Assembly (NCBI GenBank): GCA_934085875.1 | Contig: CAKOHQ010000001.1 | Coordinates: 1 to 58,085 of the forward strand | Source: an uncultured Bacilli bacterium | GTDB lineage: Bacteria > Bacillota_I > Bacilli_A > RF39 > UBA660 | DNA length: 58,085 nt | Direction of reading: 5' to 3' | Part shown: positions 56,011-58,085 of the stretch, in pieces | How the letters are laid out: the number at the start of each line of letters is the position of its first letter | Numbering within the stretch: the stretch's first letter is position 1 | Translations under genes and position numbers: made by a program | Notes under the pieces: model-generated | The model's input: the letters and a program-made list of their open reading frames with translations, nothing else | Told to the model about the DNA's origin: nothing | The model's database searches: none

Positions 56011-56238
56011 TTGAAAATAAGTGATTTACAAGACAAAACTGTTATAAATATAAATGATGGTAAAAATTTAGGTAATATAGTTGATTTAGAAATAGATAAT
56101 AATGGACAAATAATAAATTTTACATCAATTCCAAGAAGACATATATTTAGATTATTTTTATCAAATAAAGAAACAATATTTAAAATGACAGATATAAAAA
56201 AAATAGGACAAGATGTTATACTTGTAGAAATAAATTAA
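56011..56238 (+). CDS. YlmC/YmxH-family PRC-barrel sporulation protein
   Basis: TTG start. KISDLQDKTVININDGKNLGNIVDLEID pattern. Confidence 0.65.
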   Translation: MKISDLQDKTVININDGKNLGNIVDLEIDNNGQIINFTSIPRRHIFRLFLSNKETIFKMTDIKKIGQDVILVEIN

Positions 56239-56266
56239 ATAATATATAATTATGTAGGTGATATTA

Positions 56267-56743
56267 ATGTCAAAAAAAATATATATTATATCATTAATAG
56301 TATTTATAATAGATCAAATAACTAAATCAATTATAAGTACATATATAAAATTAAATGATAGTATACAAATTATAAAAGATTTCTTTTATATAAGATATAT
56401 AAATAATAAAGGTGCTTCATGGGGTATATTAGAAAATAATACTATATTACTAATAATATTAAGTATAATAGCAATAATAATTATATTTAGATATTCATAT
56501 TCATTTAAAACAACTAAATTAAATACTTATGGATTTGGGTTATTATTAGGTGGTATATTAGGTAATTTATCAGATAGATTAATATTTGGATATGTAAAAG
56601 ATTTTTTAGATTTTATAATATTTAAATATGATTTTCCAGTATTTAATATTGCTGATATATGTATTGTAATAGGAGTTATATTATTAATAATATCAATTTT
56701 AAAAGGAGAAGATAATAGTGGAAGTAAAAGTAGTAGAAAATGA
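56267..56743 (+). CDS. lspA: Lipoprotein signal peptidase (SPase II)
   Basis: AGGTGA RBS plus ATG 56267. NKGASWG, FGYVKDFLDF and FNIADICI motifs. Confidence 0.9.
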   Translation: MSKKIYIISLIVFIIDQITKSIISTYIKLNDSIQIIKDFFYIRYINNKGASWGILENNTILLIILSIIAIIIIFRYSYSFKTTKLNTYGFGLLLGGILGNLSDRLIFGYVKDFLDFIIFKYDFPVFNIADICIVIGVILLIISILKGEDNSGSKSSRK

Positions 56744-57608
56744 TATTAGAATAGATAAATATTTATCTAATAATACAGAATTATCTAGAACTTTAATATC
56801 TAAGATGATTGATAATGGTTATATATTAGTGAATGGTAAAAAAACTAAAAATAATTATAAAGTTAAAGAAAATGATATTATTAGTATAGATGATAGTTTT
56901 AAAGAAGATATTGATATAGAACCAGAAGAAATGAAGTTAGATATCGTTTATGAAGATAATGATATTATGATTATAAATAAACCAAGTGGTGTGGTAGTAC
57001 ATCCAGGGAATGGTAATTATAAGGGTACGTTAGTTAATGGATTAATGTATTATACTAATAATTTAAGTGATGTTAATGGGGAGATTAGACCTGGTATAGT
57101 TCATAGAATAGATAAAGATACTAGTGGACTTATTATAGTTGCAAAGAATAATAAAACACATGAGATATTAGGTGATTATTTTAAAAATAAAAGTATTACA
57201 AGAACATACATAGCACTAGTAAAAGGTGAGATAGGTACTAATAGTGGTACTATTGATGCTCCTATAGGTAGAAGTGATAAAGATAGAAAAAAAATGGCTG
57301 TAACAGCAAAAAATTCTAAAAATGCTATTACACATTTTACAGTATTAAAAAGATATAAAGGTTATACTTTAATAAAATGTAAATTAGATACAGGAAGAAC
57401 ACATCAAATAAGAGTACATATGGCATACATTGGACATCCAGTTTATAATGATCCAGTGTATACTAATGATAAGTGTAGTGACTTTGGACAATTCTTACAT
57501 TCATATTCAATGGAGTTTACACATCCAATTACAAAAGAAAAAATGTATTTTGAATGTCCTTTACCAGAATATTTTAGTGAATTTTTAAAATGTTTAGAAG
57601 AAAAATAA
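56718..57608 (+). CDS. rluD: 23S rRNA pseudouridine synthase, RluD family
   Basis: S4 domain RIDKYLS. HRIDKDTSGLIIVAKN catalytic motif. GRTHQIRVH. Confidence 0.9.
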   Translation: MEVKVVENDIRIDKYLSNNTELSRTLISKMIDNGYILVNGKKTKNNYKVKENDIISIDDSFKEDIDIEPEEMKLDIVYEDNDIMIINKPSGVVVHPGNGNYKGTLVNGLMYYTNNLSDVNGEIRPGIVHRIDKDTSGLIIVAKNNKTHEILGDYFKNKSITRTYIALVKGEIGTNSGTIDAPIGRSDKDRKKMAVTAKNSKNAITHFTVLKRYKGYTLIKCKLDTGRTHQIRVHMAYIGHPVYNDPVYTNDKCSDFGQFLHSYSMEFTHPITKEKMYFECPLPEYFSEFLKCLEEK

Positions 57609-57609
57609 A

Positions 57610-57638
57610 ATATGTCAACAAAATATGACATATTTTTT
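57610..57638. terminator. Bidirectional terminator after rluD
   Basis: ATATGTCA-N8-TGACATAT hairpin flanked by A and T runs. Confidence 0.6.
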
Positions 57639-57723
57639 AAATGCTTTATAGTAGTATATGTAACCAGAACATTTTATATTCTGTTAGTGTTTACCCAACT
57701 ATATATATAGAAGGGATGCATAC

Positions 57724-57813
57724 TTTAAATTTAAAAGTTTTATTATTAAAATACTTGATAGTATAATTTTATTATACATATTGAAAATAATTTTCTTTCT
57801 CCTACAACAATAG
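57724..57813 (+). pseudogene. Start-less homologue of the 29-aa family A peptide
   Basis: Ungapped 30-codon alignment with 16120-16209 ending at the same stop (FKFKSFIIKILDSIILLYILKIIFFLLQQ*). TTT replaces the ATG, and the nearest ATG (57716) is out of frame. Confidence 0.35.
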
Positions 57814-57859
57814 GGAGTTTTGGTTATAACAATTAGACACTAGTGTTTTATATTTGTGC

Positions 57860-57937
57860 AAAAAAAAGCACACGTATTAAAAATACGAGTGTCTACACAA
57901 CATGGGTAGACATTCTAGATATAAGAATGTTCTACTT
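57860..57937 (-). ncRNA. About 78-nt cis-antisense sRNA (family A copy 2)
   Basis: Minus-strand TTGACA (57972-57967) - 17 nt - TAAAAT (57949-57944). 5' hairpin GUAGAACAUUCU/AGAAUGUCUAC. Terminator CACUCGUAU-UUUUA-AUACGUGUG plus U8. Confidence 0.6.
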
Positions 57938-58085
57938 AAATTAATTTTAACATCACTATAATGATGTGTCAATTAGAAAATTCACATAAATAATGATTGA
58001 AATATATAATTTTTTATTTTATAATTTTATTAGAGTAGTAATCTACTTGAAAATAATATATAAGATAGGAGAGAGTCAATTATGA

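Overview
This is a 58-kb chromosomal window from a very AT-rich endospore-forming Firmicute (roughly three quarters A+T by eye) that uses the standard code (TGA is a stop). The backbone is housekeeping genes, mostly on the + strand: rimM-trmD; a spoIVFA/spoIVFB-like pair followed by rplU-prp-rpmA (the Bacillus synteny); trmB; tdk-tmk; rpsO-pnp; a NifS-like desulfurase; tRNA-Arg(ACG); spoIID; gpr; ogg; tRNA-Pro(UGG); recX; prsA; rpmB; dnaE; an LtaS-like gene; rpsD; T-box(Tyr)-HAD-tyrS; and sigG-ylmC-lspA-rluD. The accessory content is as follows. (1) At the left end there is a Tad/type-IV-filament-like operon (cpaB-, tadA/cpaF-, tadB- and tadC-like genes plus a frame-broken mini-prepilin). A 1025-aa Cys-rich secreted protein precedes it, and a Cna-B-repeat surface protein whose stop abuts the rimM start follows it. 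(2) An orphan type IV pilin. (3) A dockerin-bearing glucosaminidase next to a membrane-anchored cadherin-like-domain protein. (4) An ISL3-family IS with 28-bp inverted repeats, an 8-bp target duplication and a frameshifted transposase. (5) An orphan HerA-like ATPase beside two YjcZ-type tiny peptides. (6) Most notable are five intergenic modules in two sequence families, none of them in the ORF track. In each, a 75-125-nt sRNA gene with its own sigma-A-type promoter and intrinsic terminator converges on, or is antisense to, a 21-29-codon hydrophobic ORF. This is a type I toxin-antitoxin-like layout. No CRISPR array, rRNA or intact prophage was seen.
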